Assembly: GCF_030028105.1 (NCBI RefSeq)
Contig: NC_092397.1
Location: forward strand, 31,711,097 to 31,775,096
Source of the DNA: Mobula birostris
Lineage: Eukaryota
Length of the DNA stretch: 64,000 nt
Direction of reading: 5' to 3'
Shown: positions 38,550 through 51,199 of the stretch, in pieces
How the letters are laid out: each line of letters starts with the position of its first letter
Numbering within the stretch: the first letter of the stretch is position 1
Translations under genes and position numbers: made by a program
The notes under the pieces: model-generated
What the model was told of the DNA's origin: nothing
Database searches by the model: none
The model's input: the letters and a program-made list of their open reading frames with translations, nothing else

Positions 38550-41530
38550 CCTTCCTGGGTTAGACTATCCACTTAAATGTTAAGTAACATCCCAGTATTC
38601 TTCTAACATATTCGGTGATATCTAAGCCCCTGACTCTAAGGGAGTCCCAGTCAACATTGGGGAAATTAGTCACCCACTGCAACTACCCTGTTGCTTTTAC
38701 ATCTTTCATTACCTGCTGCATTTCTGTTCCTTTATCTCCTGCCGGCATTTGGGAGGCCTGTGGTATAACCCCATCAGTGAATGCACCTCTCTTATCCTGA
38801 GCTCCATCCACATTGTCCCACTGGATGAACCCTCCTGTGTGTCCTCTCTTAGTCCCTCACCCACAATTCCATATAAAGTCTGATCTGCCATCAGCCTTCC
38901 TTGTATGTCAATCCCACTTCCCTGATTTTACAAAACATTTATCTTCCTTCTCTTTGAATCTTTTCAGTTATCCAGCCTCCCCATTCATCTCAGTTGGGGA
39001 ATTCCAGTGTTTGTTATACAGTGTTTTTTTAATCATTTGTGGCCTTGTAGAACAGTGCAGGCATGTACTCTGGTTTCCTGTAGTCCACAGTTTTGAGTGC
39101 CACAGTCCCACACAGTCATCAGATTATGTAAAAGGAGAGGGAGTTTGATGAAGTGAACCTGGGCAGTTGGCACATTTTGCATGTCACAGCTCCCGAGGAA
39201 ATGTTTGATTGCCCATAATTCGGAACGTGGCAAGATCCAATAAAAAGAAGTTAGACTTAACCAGAGCGGTCATTGTATGAGTGGGCCAGAATTGGAGTGG
39301 GGAGTTCAGGTTTCGTCCCTTCTGAGAGATGTAGGCCACAGGTAGATATATTTTGATTTAATCTTTATTTCTTTTGTATTACACATTTAGAGCAGAGGGG
39401 ATGCCAGACAAGATACTTGTCTTGATGGAAGGAGACAGAGGGTGGTCATGGCAGCTTGTTATTCAGGTTGGAGGCCTCTGACCAGTGACAGTCACAGGGA
39501 TCGGTGCTGGTACTGTCAATTGTCATCTACATTAACAATTTTCTGACATTGTAGTGACAGTGAGTTTGCAGATGACAGCAATGTTGGTGGTAGTGTGGAC
39601 TGTGAAGATTGTGTGAGAGTACAATAGGATGGAGATTAACTGGGGAAGTCGGCCAAAAAATGGCAGAAGGATATTGATGTGGACAAGTTTCAGGTGTTGC
39701 ATTATGAGAAGTTCAACCAGGGAAGGATCTGCACAGTAAATTCTTGTCCCTTGGAGAGTATTACAGAAGAGGGCCATGAAATACAGAAACATCATTCACT
39801 GAAAGAGACAACACAGATAGTCAGGATGGTGAAGGTGGTGTTTGGCCTATTTGTCTTCATTGATCAGGGAACTGAGTAGTGAATTTGGGATGCCGTATGA
39901 CAGCTGTAAAAGTCAAAGTGAGACCAGACTGTATTTTGCACAGTTCTGGTCATCCAGTTGCAGGAAAGATGTCATGAAGCTGGCAAGTGTGGAGGGAAGT
40001 TTGATGAGAATGTTACTGACACTGGAGGACTTTAATTATCAGCAGAAGCTGGACAGACTGGGACTCTCTTTCTCTCTCCTGAGAGAGTAAGGAGCTGTCT
40101 GGTGACCGTCCAGAGGTTTACAAAATCAGTAGGTGAGCACTCTTTTTGTAGGGTAGGGAAGCCTAAATTTACAGGGTAATTGTTTAAGATGAAGGGGAAA
40201 CATTTAAAAGCTACCTTATGGGTGGGGGATGTTGCATCTTTGAATAAGGAGACCAACACTTCACTGATAAGAGGGGTTTTGATGAGGTCTTGTAAGTATA
40301 GGTTTTAAATAAAATGATGAATGATGATTTTGATGGGATTAATCTGCCGGCCTCCCAATCGGCTCAGATATTGTGCAGCAGACATATTAGTAAATCACAC
40401 AGAGGGGTAATGGGAACAAGTTTACAGCAGTTGGGCATATCAACTTTCCCAGATTACCTTGTATGAAAAGTTTCAGTCTCCAGGAGAAATTTGGCAGACA
40501 CAGGATCGGTTCATCCCTCAGCAGAAACAGTATTTAAAAGGGAGGATGAGGCAACCATCGCTAACAACAGAAGACAAAGGCAGCATAAAAGAACATGAGA
40601 GGGCAAAGAATATCACCAAAATTAATGGGAAGCTAAAGGAATGGGAAACTTAAAAAAAACAGAACAACTATAATAACAATATGCAGAAATCAGATGAATT
40701 ATGAAAGTAACTGGCCAATAATAGAAACAAGATACAAAAAAGATTTATTTTCAGATATATGAAGAGTAAAAGAGGCAAGAATGGACAAGGTTTTAGGTTT
40801 CCTATTCTCATCTTCAGACTCACACCCCTCCCTGATCCTCTTTTTACACGATTTAGTTTATTCTGTATTTCTTATTTTAATTGTTTTTTTTAAGAAATTG
40901 CTCTGTACTGCTGTAGCAAAACAACAAAGTTAATGACATATGTCCGTGATAATGAACATGATTTTGAATTTGATACTAATCACCTTCACTGATCAATGCC
41001 AGTGCACAAAAGTTTTATTAATGAGTTGGAGTAACTTCCCTCAACTTTACTTAGAAGGATGTCGCGGATTACAGGGTGCTCATGATCACTTAGGGAAGAG
41101 GGTCAAGTGTGGCAAATGCATTTCAATACAGATAAGTGTGAGGCGGTGCATATTGGAAAGTCAAACCAATGTAGAACTTACACTATGAAAGATCGGTCAT
41201 TGGGGACTGGAATGGGCCGGAGAGATTTAGGGGTAAAGTGAACACAGTTCATTGAAAGTTGTGTCACTTGCAGACAGGGTGGTGAAGAACGGGGTTTAAC
41301 ATGCTGGTCTTCATTAGTCAGGGGATAGAGTATATCAGTTGTGACATTATGTCACAGTTGTGTAAATGACTGGAGGACACACTTGCCGATTTGTATACAG
41401 CTCTTGTCACCATTATAGGAAACGTGGTTAAACTGGGGAAAGTGTGGAAAAGATTTCCAAGGTATATCTCCCGGACCCGAGGTTCTCAGTTACATAGTCA
41501 GTTTGGCCAGACAATGTCCTTTGTCCTTTA
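38550..41530. mobile_element. Old CR1/LINE fragments
   Basis: Degenerate RT motifs (LYFAQFWS; GSVLV..IYINNF; GLYHRPP). Confidence 0.55.
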
Positions 41531-41682
41531 TTCCTTGGAATCAGAATCAGATTTATCACCGTGTTATATGACGAGGAACCTGTCGTTTTGTTCTGACAGC
41601 AGTACAGGCCTCTGAAGGTGCAGATGTGAACATTGTGTCAGCATAACGCCAAGAGATTCTGGGAATGGCGAACAACGCGGCC

Positions 41683-41802
41683 AAAATGCTGGAGGAACCC
41701 AGCAAGTCAGGCAGCATCTCCCACCAGAGTCCTGATGAAGGGACTCGGCCCGAAATGTCGACTGTTCATTCTCAGCATTGATGCTGCCTAACTTGCTGAT
41801 TC
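41683..41802. repeat. Short palindromic Penelope terminal-repeat element
   Basis: CAGCAAGTCAGGCAGCATC and GATGCTGCCTAACTTGCTG form inverted arms around a hammerhead motif. Confidence 0.75.
41728..41763 (+). ncRNA. Minimal type I hammerhead ribozyme motif (core intact)
   Basis: Stem I AGTC/GACT, CTGATGA 41732-41738, stem II GGG-ACTCGG-CCC, GAAA 41752-41755, minimal stem III, GTC cleavage triplet. Activity not shown. Confidence 0.7.
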
Positions 41803-41846
41803 AGAGAGAGTGTTTTAAAGCGGCGGGCGGATTAGACGAGTATCAC

Positions 41847-42347
41847 TGTGTTTGTGGGTCCGAACACATCGCCGGATTTCCCAGCGCCTCCTGTACAAAA
41901 TGAAAAGATTTCTCTGTTATGGGATCGCCCCACTCCCCAGCTCAGTCCCGAAGCGGGAATTAACCGCAAAGTTTTAGTTAGTTTCAAAATTTCAGCCGAA
42001 AAGCAGAGAACAGGTCAACAAAATGGAGAGAGATCGCGGGCAGTGCAGTAATCAAACGGGTTAAAATAGAAAGTGCTGCCTTTAATCCCGATTAAACTCT
42101 CCTTCCGGCGAACTTTGCGGCCTCAGTGACGGACAAGGACCAGTCTGAGTCTCTGGAGTGTCCGATTTTAATTGGAATCGGAGAGTTTTTGAGGAGAGAG
42201 AAACACAGAAAAATGAAGTCTCCGGAAGCTGACAGCAGGATGTCTCCGCCCCGTCCGCTCGCTGTCTTTAAATTGCTCTGGGCCGCCGCCTTTCGCTTCA
42301 GTTCTCATTCAGTCTGATTGTGAGAAGCATTTTCCAGAGTCGCCGAC
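41847..42347 (+). promoter_or_regulatory. Histone H1 promoter (TG box, H1/AC box, GC box, TATA-like)
   Basis: TGTGTTT 41847-41853, AAACACA 42201-42207, CCGCCC about 42246, TTTAAA about 42267. Confidence 0.8.
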
Positions 42348-42995
42348 ATGACCGAGACAGCACCCGCCGAAACGGCTCCTCCAGCCGCACCCGCCGCCGC
42401 AAAGACGACTCCCAAGAAGAAGGCGGCCGCCCGGAGCAAACCAGCCGGTCCCAAGCTGGGCGAACAAATCGATAAGATTGTGGCGGATTGTCGCGATAGG
42501 AAGGGGATGTCCGCTGTGGCCATCATGAAGGCTCTGACCAGCAGCGGTGTCGATGTGGGGAAACGTTGCGCCCAGATCAGGATGTGCATAAGGAAGAGAG
42601 TGGAAAGCGGCTCCTTGGTTCAGACCAAGGGCGCGGGTCTTTCGGGATCCTTTAAATCCGGTCAAGAAAAAAGTGCTGTGAAAGCGGTGAAGAAAGCGAA
42701 CAAGCCATCGGTAAAGAAATCTGCCATCAAGAAATCTCCCAGCAAGAAGTCTGGCGCCAAGAACCCAGCGGCTAAGAAAGCGGTAGCTAAGAAACCAGCG
42801 GCTAAAAAAGCGGCAGCTAAGAAACCAGCGGCTAAAAAAGCGGCAGCTAAGAAACCAGCGGCTAAAAAAGCGGCAGCTAAGAAACCAGCGGCTAAAAAAA
42901 CGGCAGCTAAGAAACCAGCGGCGTCGAAGCCAAAGAGCCCCAAGAAACTCGCAGCCCCGAAGAAGGCGGCCAAGAAGACAGCAGTCAAAAAGTGA
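42348..42995 (+). CDS. H1: Linker histone H1 (215 aa, divergent)
   Basis: MTETAPAE N-terminus, globular domain with LVQTKGAGLSGSFK, K/A/P-rich tail with SPKK; stem-loop downstream. Confidence 0.96.
   Translation: MTETAPAETAPPAAPAAAKTTPKKKAAARSKPAGPKLGEQIDKIVADCRDRKGMSAVAIMKALTSSGVDVGKRCAQIRMCIRKRVESGSLVQTKGAGLSGSFKSGQEKSAVKAVKKANKPSVKKSAIKKSPSKKSGAKNPAAKKAVAKKPAAKKAAAKKPAAKKAAAKKPAAKKAAAKKPAAKKTAAKKPAASKPKSPKKLAAPKKAAKKTAVKK
42751..42921 (+). repeat. 30-bp coding tandem repeat in the H1 C-terminal tail
   Basis: CGGCAGCTAAGAAACCAGCGGCTAAAAAAG, about 5.7 copies, encoding KKPAAKKAAA. Confidence 0.95.
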
Positions 42996-43031
42996 ATTGA
43001 GATATACCGTTTGTAAGTGTTTGAACCCAAC

Positions 43032-43070
43032 GGCTCTTCTCAGAGCCACCCACATCTCAGAAAAGAGCTG
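43032..43070 (+). terminator. Histone stem-loop and downstream element (H1)
   Basis: GGCTCTTCTCAGAGCC 43032-43047; AAAAGAGCTG 43061-43070. Confidence 0.95.
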
Positions 43071-43832
43071 ATCGTGAATATTGTGATTCCCGCTGTGGGT
43101 CCGACTGAGTTTTGCGGGGGAACTTACCGCATAAAACCCGATTTTCCCGGTACCTCTCTGACATTCAGAGCGGCCCTGACGTCCCAGATTTGAAGTGAAA
43201 CACTGCGTTTCACTCGGGTTGTGTGTGTGTGAGAGAGAGTGAGACCGGTGGGGTGGTCTGCAGGCCCAGTTCCTTCTCCCGCTCCAGGACAGCGTGACTG
43301 AGATTCCGCGCCTCGCATCCCAAAGCCCGATTCAGCTGAGTTGATTGGGAACTGCTGAAGCCTATGTGAGAGGGGGAGGGGGCGTCTTGAGAGAGGGATC
43401 TGTCTCTGGGGATGGACTGCAGGGGGAAGATATATGATAACCTACCCGGCGACTTTGCCGACTGACCTTCAATCAGGTACCAGCTACAAAAGTTTATTTA
43501 CACAACATTTACAAGAATAAAATCAAAAATATATAATTACCGCTCTCGGAAATCTCCCACTGTACCCATCGCGACCGCATGCTCCCACTCCAAGGACAGC
43601 CGGGCATGTCGAAAGCAAACAAAACGGTAACAGCCGCAGCAGTTGTACATGCCAGGTTTGTGGGAGAAGTGAAGGGCCAGATGAGACCCTGACAGGGAGG
43701 GAGCGCGTTCATCTCCTGTCTCTCGCTGAATTAACCTGTCGGCACAGAACAGCTGATGATTGCGGTCAGTTAATGCAAAACCGAACAACCCCATCAGGAA
43801 GGCAGATCGTCACTACAATAATCAGCAAGCGA

Positions 43833-43873
43833 CAGCCCTTTCCTTTGCTGTGGTAGTGGCTCTTAAAAGAGCC
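43833..43873 (-). terminator. Histone stem-loop and downstream element (H3)
   Basis: Minus strand GGCTCTTTTAAGAGCC 43858-43873; GGAAAGGGCTG 43833-43843. Confidence 0.95.
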
Positions 43874-43902
43874 TTTTCTTGTGCTTGTTGTGGAGGCTGG
43901 GT

Positions 43903-44560
<658 letters not shown>

Positions 44561-44941
44561 CGGATTAATTTAAAATCGCCTGGCAATTGAAGACCACCCA
44601 GCAACGGTGCTTGATTGCATTTTATTTACAATTAATTGTATGACGAATTATACAAATTCAGTTTCGTTTAATAAATTTAATATCTAATTTCCTCAGTTAA
44701 GATTTAAATTCACAACTGCAGAATCGTTCTCTAAACGAGTGAACTGATTTCTGTTCGAAACTGATAGAGGATTAAAATCGATCCTAATGCAGGTTTTGCG
44801 GTAATCACTGACTGGAAAGGCAGAATTGCAGTATGTTTCAAGCGGAATCGATCAATCTGTTTCAAATGCAACCCAACTGAATGTATCGATAAAAAATAAT
44901 TAAAAGTCTGCGGATACGGCTCCGTTTGTGAGGCGGTGGGT

Positions 44942-44957
44942 GGCTCTTAGAAGAGCC
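44942..44957 (-). terminator. Histone 3' stem-loop (H4)
   Basis: Minus strand GGCTCTTCTAAGAGCC followed by ACCCA. Confidence 0.95.
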
Positions 44958-44990
44958 TTTGTTTTGTGCTCGGGAGGAAGTGGGAGTTTT

Positions 44991-45311
<321 letters not shown>

Positions 45312-45739
45312 TCACTCAGGTCGCTGCTCACTGACAAACTGCCTGCTGCTGTCTCCGTTTATACACAGCGCCCCGACCTGCCCGAGAAACGCGCAGAGAG
45401 ACAGAGGCGGGGAGGGGAGGAGACAGAGTCAGAGTGACGGACAGAGCCGAGAGCGGCCTCTCATCGTCCAGCTCCGCTTTCACTTTACCACAACAGCCAA
45501 TTTCCAACGATTCATCCGACACAAAGCGCTCCAGCGAAAAACAAAACTCCCTCACACACCACGTACATACTAGGGGTTTTCTGGGAATTTGCCGATTCTC
45601 CTGCTTTAAATTAAAGGAAGTGCTTTTCCATTCTACAAATCCCCGAGGACCTCGGTCTGTCCCTCCCGGCCCCATGACCAGTGTCAGCGCCCTCACACAC
45701 AGCAGTTGGTGGGCGAGGGTGCAGTCACTTCCAGTGATG

Positions 45740-48700
45740 AGGGGGTTGATTCATTAGAACAATTGTTCCTCTGGGTCGTCAGGGAAATGAAAGACTGGTC
45801 ACATACAAGAACAGGATACATAACCAGATATATAGACCGCGCTTCTGGCGCCTTCTAAAGCCCAGGTAAAGGGGTGGCTGAGGAGCTGGTGCGAGGTGGG
45901 TGGGGGCTTCAGGTACAAGGATCTTTGGGTCTCAAGGGAAACGAGAGGCGGGTCCAAGGAGGAGGGGAGCCAATATGTTTCCGGGGAGCCTTCTTCGTGC
46001 TGCACGGAAGGGTTTAAACGAGCAGGGATGTTAAGTCCTACACAGTGGTTTTAGAGAACTAGGTTAAAAAACAGCAGGACTTCCAGGATTGTAATCGCGG
46101 AATTGTGACCAAAACCATGCGCTAGTGTGGTGAGAAATCGATATTTCGCGCAGTTTAATATGTTGCTGAGGAACTGATGCAGGAGGGAGGTTTTCAGATT
46201 CATGGATTCATGGATGGTCCAGGCAGCTGGGAGACCGGGACAAACAAGACCATTTGCATTTGAACCGGACGGGAACCAATATCTTCACCAGGAGGTTTGA
46301 TGGTGTCACTTGGCAGAGTTTGAACTGGAGTAGCAAGTGGGAGAATGTATGTCTGACAAGACAGTCTGAAAAGAACGAGAGCCAATGTCAGGCTAATAAA
46401 CATGGTGGGATTGCTGGGCTAAAATGAGTTTATTTCAACATTAGGAGTTTTATGTTGTCGGACGGACAGGGCTGGCAGCTCAACATTCCTGGGTTTGATT
46501 GTTTTACATGTGAGTGGGGGTGGGAGGGGGGGGGTTAAAAGATGCAGAGGTTACCCCACTGGGAATGTCACTGCAAACTGGAAGGTTCATTTACAGAGGC
46601 AATCTGCAGTTACACTGTTGGGATGTTTGCACTGGCCCCACAATAACCAGTGGGGGGACTTTATCTTCCCTAGAATTGACTGGAATTTGCTCAATACTAA
46701 GAAGCGCAAGATTTCTTCAGTGAATCTGAGGAAAGTTTGAAACATTATGTCGAGCCCAACCAGAGTTGAGAACATGTGGGAATTAGTTTTGGGAAATGAA
46801 CCAGACCAGGAGACAGCCAAGACTCAGTGAAAATTTTGGTATCTTATATTTTTCTGAGTTATGAGTAAGAATAAAATTAGATCTTGTAAGAAGGTACTAA
46901 ATTGCAGGAGGGCAAGTTAGGACGTAGTAAGACAGAAGCCAAGGGGCATTGATTGGGAGCAGACACTGTCAGACAAGTCCATATCTGACATATCTGGCGT
47001 GGCTAGTGTAGATGAACTGAACAGACTGATGAGGGAGAGGGAGAAGTGCCCGACGCCAGCCCCCTAGGCCTGAGTTGACGTAGTAGTAGTAGTAGTGATT
47101 CAATGATTTTTTTTAAGTTATAAATGAGATTTTGAAACCCTGGTGGTTCCCTTGTGGCGGGGAAACGTACACTCATGCAGTGTTTTAGTGATAGGGAACT
47201 TGATAGTTAGTGGTACAAACAGGAGATACTGTGCACACAATAGAGACTCCAGGATGCTGTGTTGTCTCCCGGGTGCTGGGGTCCAGATGTATCAGGGTGG
47301 CTGCAGGATATTCTCAAGGGGAAGAGTGAACAGCCAGAGCTCGTGGTGCGTAATGGCACCAATGTCATTGCCAAAAAAGGGGATGAGGTTCTACAGACTG
47401 AGCATATAGTGACAGGAAATAGGGTGAAGAGAAGGTAGTAATTTCTGGATTACTCCTGGTGCCATGGGCGAGTGTAGCTAGGAATGGGCTTATAGCATAT
47501 TTGAATGAGTGACTGAGGAGATGGTGCAGGGGGCAGGGTTCACGCTCGGATGATTGGAACTTTTTACTGGGCAAGGACTGATCTGTAGAACAGGGACGGG
47601 TTGCACCTGAACTGGAGGGGAACTATTATGTTGGCCAGGTGTTTTGCTAATGCTACTCAGAGTGTTTAAATTAGTTTTACAGGGGGATGCAAATGGGAAC
47701 AGCAGTCAGTAAGTGAAGGATTGGACCCGAAGGTAGATATCAGTGAAAATATGGCCAAGCAATATCAAATTAACAGGTGTTATTAGACGTATATTTTCAA
47801 TGGTGTGTATTGAATGTCAGGAATATTATGGATAAAGGTGATTAACGTAGAACGTGAATCAGTACATAGAACTACAATGTTGTGGCCATTACAGAGGCTT
47901 TGTTGAGAGATGGGCAGGGCTGCGTGATTAATCTACCAGGCTTTTGAAGTTTTTGAAAAGATAGAGAAGGAGGTAAAAGAGGTGTGAGTTGGACTACCAT
48001 TCAGGGACAATATCACAGCTGCACTCAGGGGAGATCTAGTGGAGGGTTCAGACGCTGAGTGCATTTGGGTAGAACTCAAGAACAGGAAGGGTGTAATCAA
48101 ACTAATGGGATTGTACTACTACCTAGTGTTGGGTAATGAGTCTATTCAGGTGGCTGCCCCCTCAGTGGGTGAGCAGTTAGCTGACAGGGACCACAACTCT
48201 CTCACTTTTAAGATAGTTATAGATAAGGATGGGGTATTTTTTAATCAGAGAAGGGAAAATTACGAGGGTATTATGCAATGACTCAGAAGGGTTAATTGGA
48301 AATAACTTTTCTTCTGGAAAATCCACATCAGACATGGGGAGAGTGTTTAAAGATCAATTGCACAGAGTACCGGAAAGGTATATTCCTCCTAGAGGGAAGG
48401 ACAGGAATGGAAAGAGAAGGGAAATTTGGATGCCCACAGAAGTAATAAATTTAGTCAAGAAGAAAAAGGAAAAGTATGTCAAGTTTTGGAAGTTAGGATC
48501 AAATGGAGTAGATGAAGGTTATACAGAATCCAGAAAAGAACTAAAAAAGGAAATGTCTGAAAGCCAAGAGGGGCCATGAAAAGTCATTGGCAAGTAGAAT
48601 TAAGGTAAATCCCAAGGTACTTTGTACATACATAAGATAAGAAGATAACTTGGGAGAGGGAAGGATACCTCAATGATAAAAAGAGAATCATTTGCTTGGA

Positions 48701-48800
48701 TGTGCAGAATATGAGTGAAATACATCATAAGAACTTTGTTTCAGTATTTACCAAAGGGGAACGATTTGGACTAGGAGACAGTGTTGCATGCATAAATATG
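45740..48800 (+). mobile_element. Old CR1 fragments (ORF1 esterase, endonuclease, linker)
   Basis: VLVIGNLIV..RMLCCLPGA (47143-47409), ECIWVEL..MGLYY (48039-48281), GRVFKDQL..ERYIP (48229-48579). Confidence 0.7.
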
Positions 48801-48819
48801 TCAGGGAGTTTGGAGGGCA

Positions 48820-50426
48820 AGGAGGTAGATCACTGTCTCAGAGCCCAATGTTAACCTGTCTTTAAAGAGAGTGAACTCTCGCAAGGTGGAAGGTCCCGAT
48901 GGCGTATCTTCTGAGACTTTGAGAACCTGTGCCAACCAACTGGCGGGGATATTCAGGGGCATTTTCAACATCTCACTGCTACGGGCAGATGTTTCCACTT
49001 GTTTCAAAAAGGCAGCAATTATACGAGTGTCTAAGAAAAATAATGTGAGCTGCCTTAATGACTATGGTCTGGTAGCACTAACATCTACAGTGATGAAATG
49101 TCTTGACAGGTTGATCATGACATGACTGAACTCCTGGCTCAGCAAGATCCTGGACCCATTGCAATTTGCCTGTCACCACAATAGTTCAACGGCAGATGCA
49201 ATCTCAATGATTCGTCACACGGCTTTAGCTCACCTGGACAACACAAACACTGATGACAAGACTGTTGCTTAGCATTTAATGCCATCATTCCCATAATCCT
49301 AATTGAGAAGTTGCAGAACCTAGGCCTCTGTCCCTCCCTCTGCTATTGAATGCTCAGCTTCCTAACCATTAGGCCACAATCTGTGCGGATTGGTGACAAC
49401 CTCTTCTCTTTGTTGACAATCAACACTGGTGCACCTCAGGGGTGTGTGCTTAGCCCACTGCTCTACTCTCTCCATACCCTTGACTGTGTGGCTAGCAATA
49501 GCTCAAATACCATCTATAAATTTGCTAATGATATAACCATTGTTTGTAGAATCTCAGGTGGTGATGAGAGGTCCTACAGGCATGAGAAATGCCAGCTAGT
49601 GGAGTGATGCCACAGCAACAACCTGGCACTGAATGCCAGAAAGACGAAAGAGCTGATTGTGGATTTCCAGAAGGGTACGACGAACGAACACATACCAATC
49701 CTCATAGAGGGATCAGAAGTGGAGTGACTGAGCAGTTTCAAGTTCATGGGTGTCAAGGTCTCGGAGGATCTAACCTGGTTAAAACATATGGATGCATTTA
49801 TAAAGAAGGCCAGACAGCAACTATACATAATTTGGAATTTAAAATGATTTGGTATGTCAACAAATACACTGAAAAAAGTCTATAGATGTACCATGGGAGT
49901 ATTCTGACAGGTTGCACCACTGTCTGGTAAGGGTGGGGGGGTGAGGGAGGGGGGGGGAGGTGCTACTGCACAGGACGTAAAGAAGTTGCAGAGGGTTGTA
50001 AATTAAGTTGGCTCCATCTTGGGTACTTTCCTACAATGTACCCAGGAGATCTTCAAGGAATGCTGTTTCAGAAAGGCAGCATCCAATATTAAGGACCTCC
50101 AGCACTCAAGGTATGCCCCTTTCTAATTAATTCCACCAGGTAGGAGGTATAGAAGCCTGATGGCGCACATTCAGCGTTTCAGGAACAGCTTCCCGTCTGC
50201 CATCCGATTCCGAAATGGACTTTGAACCCTTGGACACTAAGTCAGTTTTTTAATATATATTATTTCTGTGCTTTTGTATGATGTTAAGCTAATCAATTTT
50301 CCTATACTGTAATTGATTTACTTATTTGTTTAATATTATTATTTTATTTTGTTCTTTTCTTCTTCTATGTCATGTATTGCATTGAACTGCTGCTGCTAAG
50401 TTAACAAACTTGATTCTTATTCTGAT
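48820..50426 (+). mobile_element. Rex1/Babar-like LINE, 5'-truncated and degenerate
   Basis: GPDGVS..LRTCANQLAGIF..IFNISL, NTGAPQGCVLSPLLYSL, KFAND; 3' tail tgattcttattctga. Confidence 0.85.
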
Positions 50427-51199
50427 AATACGGGTAATGACACAATTGTATTGGAGACTTCAATATGTAAGGGGATTGGGAAAATCAGTTTGGTGTTTAA
50501 TCACAGTAGAGGGAATTTGTTCAATGCCTATGAGTTGGCTTTTTAGAGCAGCTTGTGCTTGAGCCCGCTCAGTGAAAACCTATCTTTAGACTTTGTGTTA
50601 ATTAATAGCCCTGATATCATAAGGGAGCTTAAAGTGAAGGAACCCTTAGGATGCAGTTATCATAATATGATTGAATTCATACTGCAATTTGAGAGGGTGA
50701 AGCATTACTCACATATATCAGTATCCCAATGGAATAAAGGGATTTACAGAGACATGAGAGAGGACCTTGCCCAGGTGGATTGGAGGTTGATAATGGCAGG
50801 GATTACAGCGGAGTAGAGCAGATCTCACATTGACAGGAGTACCTATAAAGTAGGATACAAAAGGTTTTTTTTTTGGTTATATAGAGAGTAAAAAGGAGGT
50901 GAGGGTTGATATTGAACCAATGTCAAATGATGCTGGTGAGATAGTAATAGGGGACAAAAAATAGAAGATGAACTTAATGAGGACTTCACATCTGTCTTTA
51001 CTGTAGAAGATACTAACTATGTTCCAGACGCCTGTGAGTGTCAGGGAGCACGACTAAATGCCATTGTTAACAAAATAACAAAAAATTCTCGGCAAACCCA
51101 GAGGTTTTAAGGTGGATAAGCCACCAGGACCTGAGGGTCTGCATCTCAGATTCCTGAGAGAGGTTGCTGAAGAGATAACGGTCATGATCTTTCAAGCTT

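Noticed and set aside
47026-47060. CTGATGAG as another hammerhead
   Set aside because: No stem II, GAAA or stem I partner follows.
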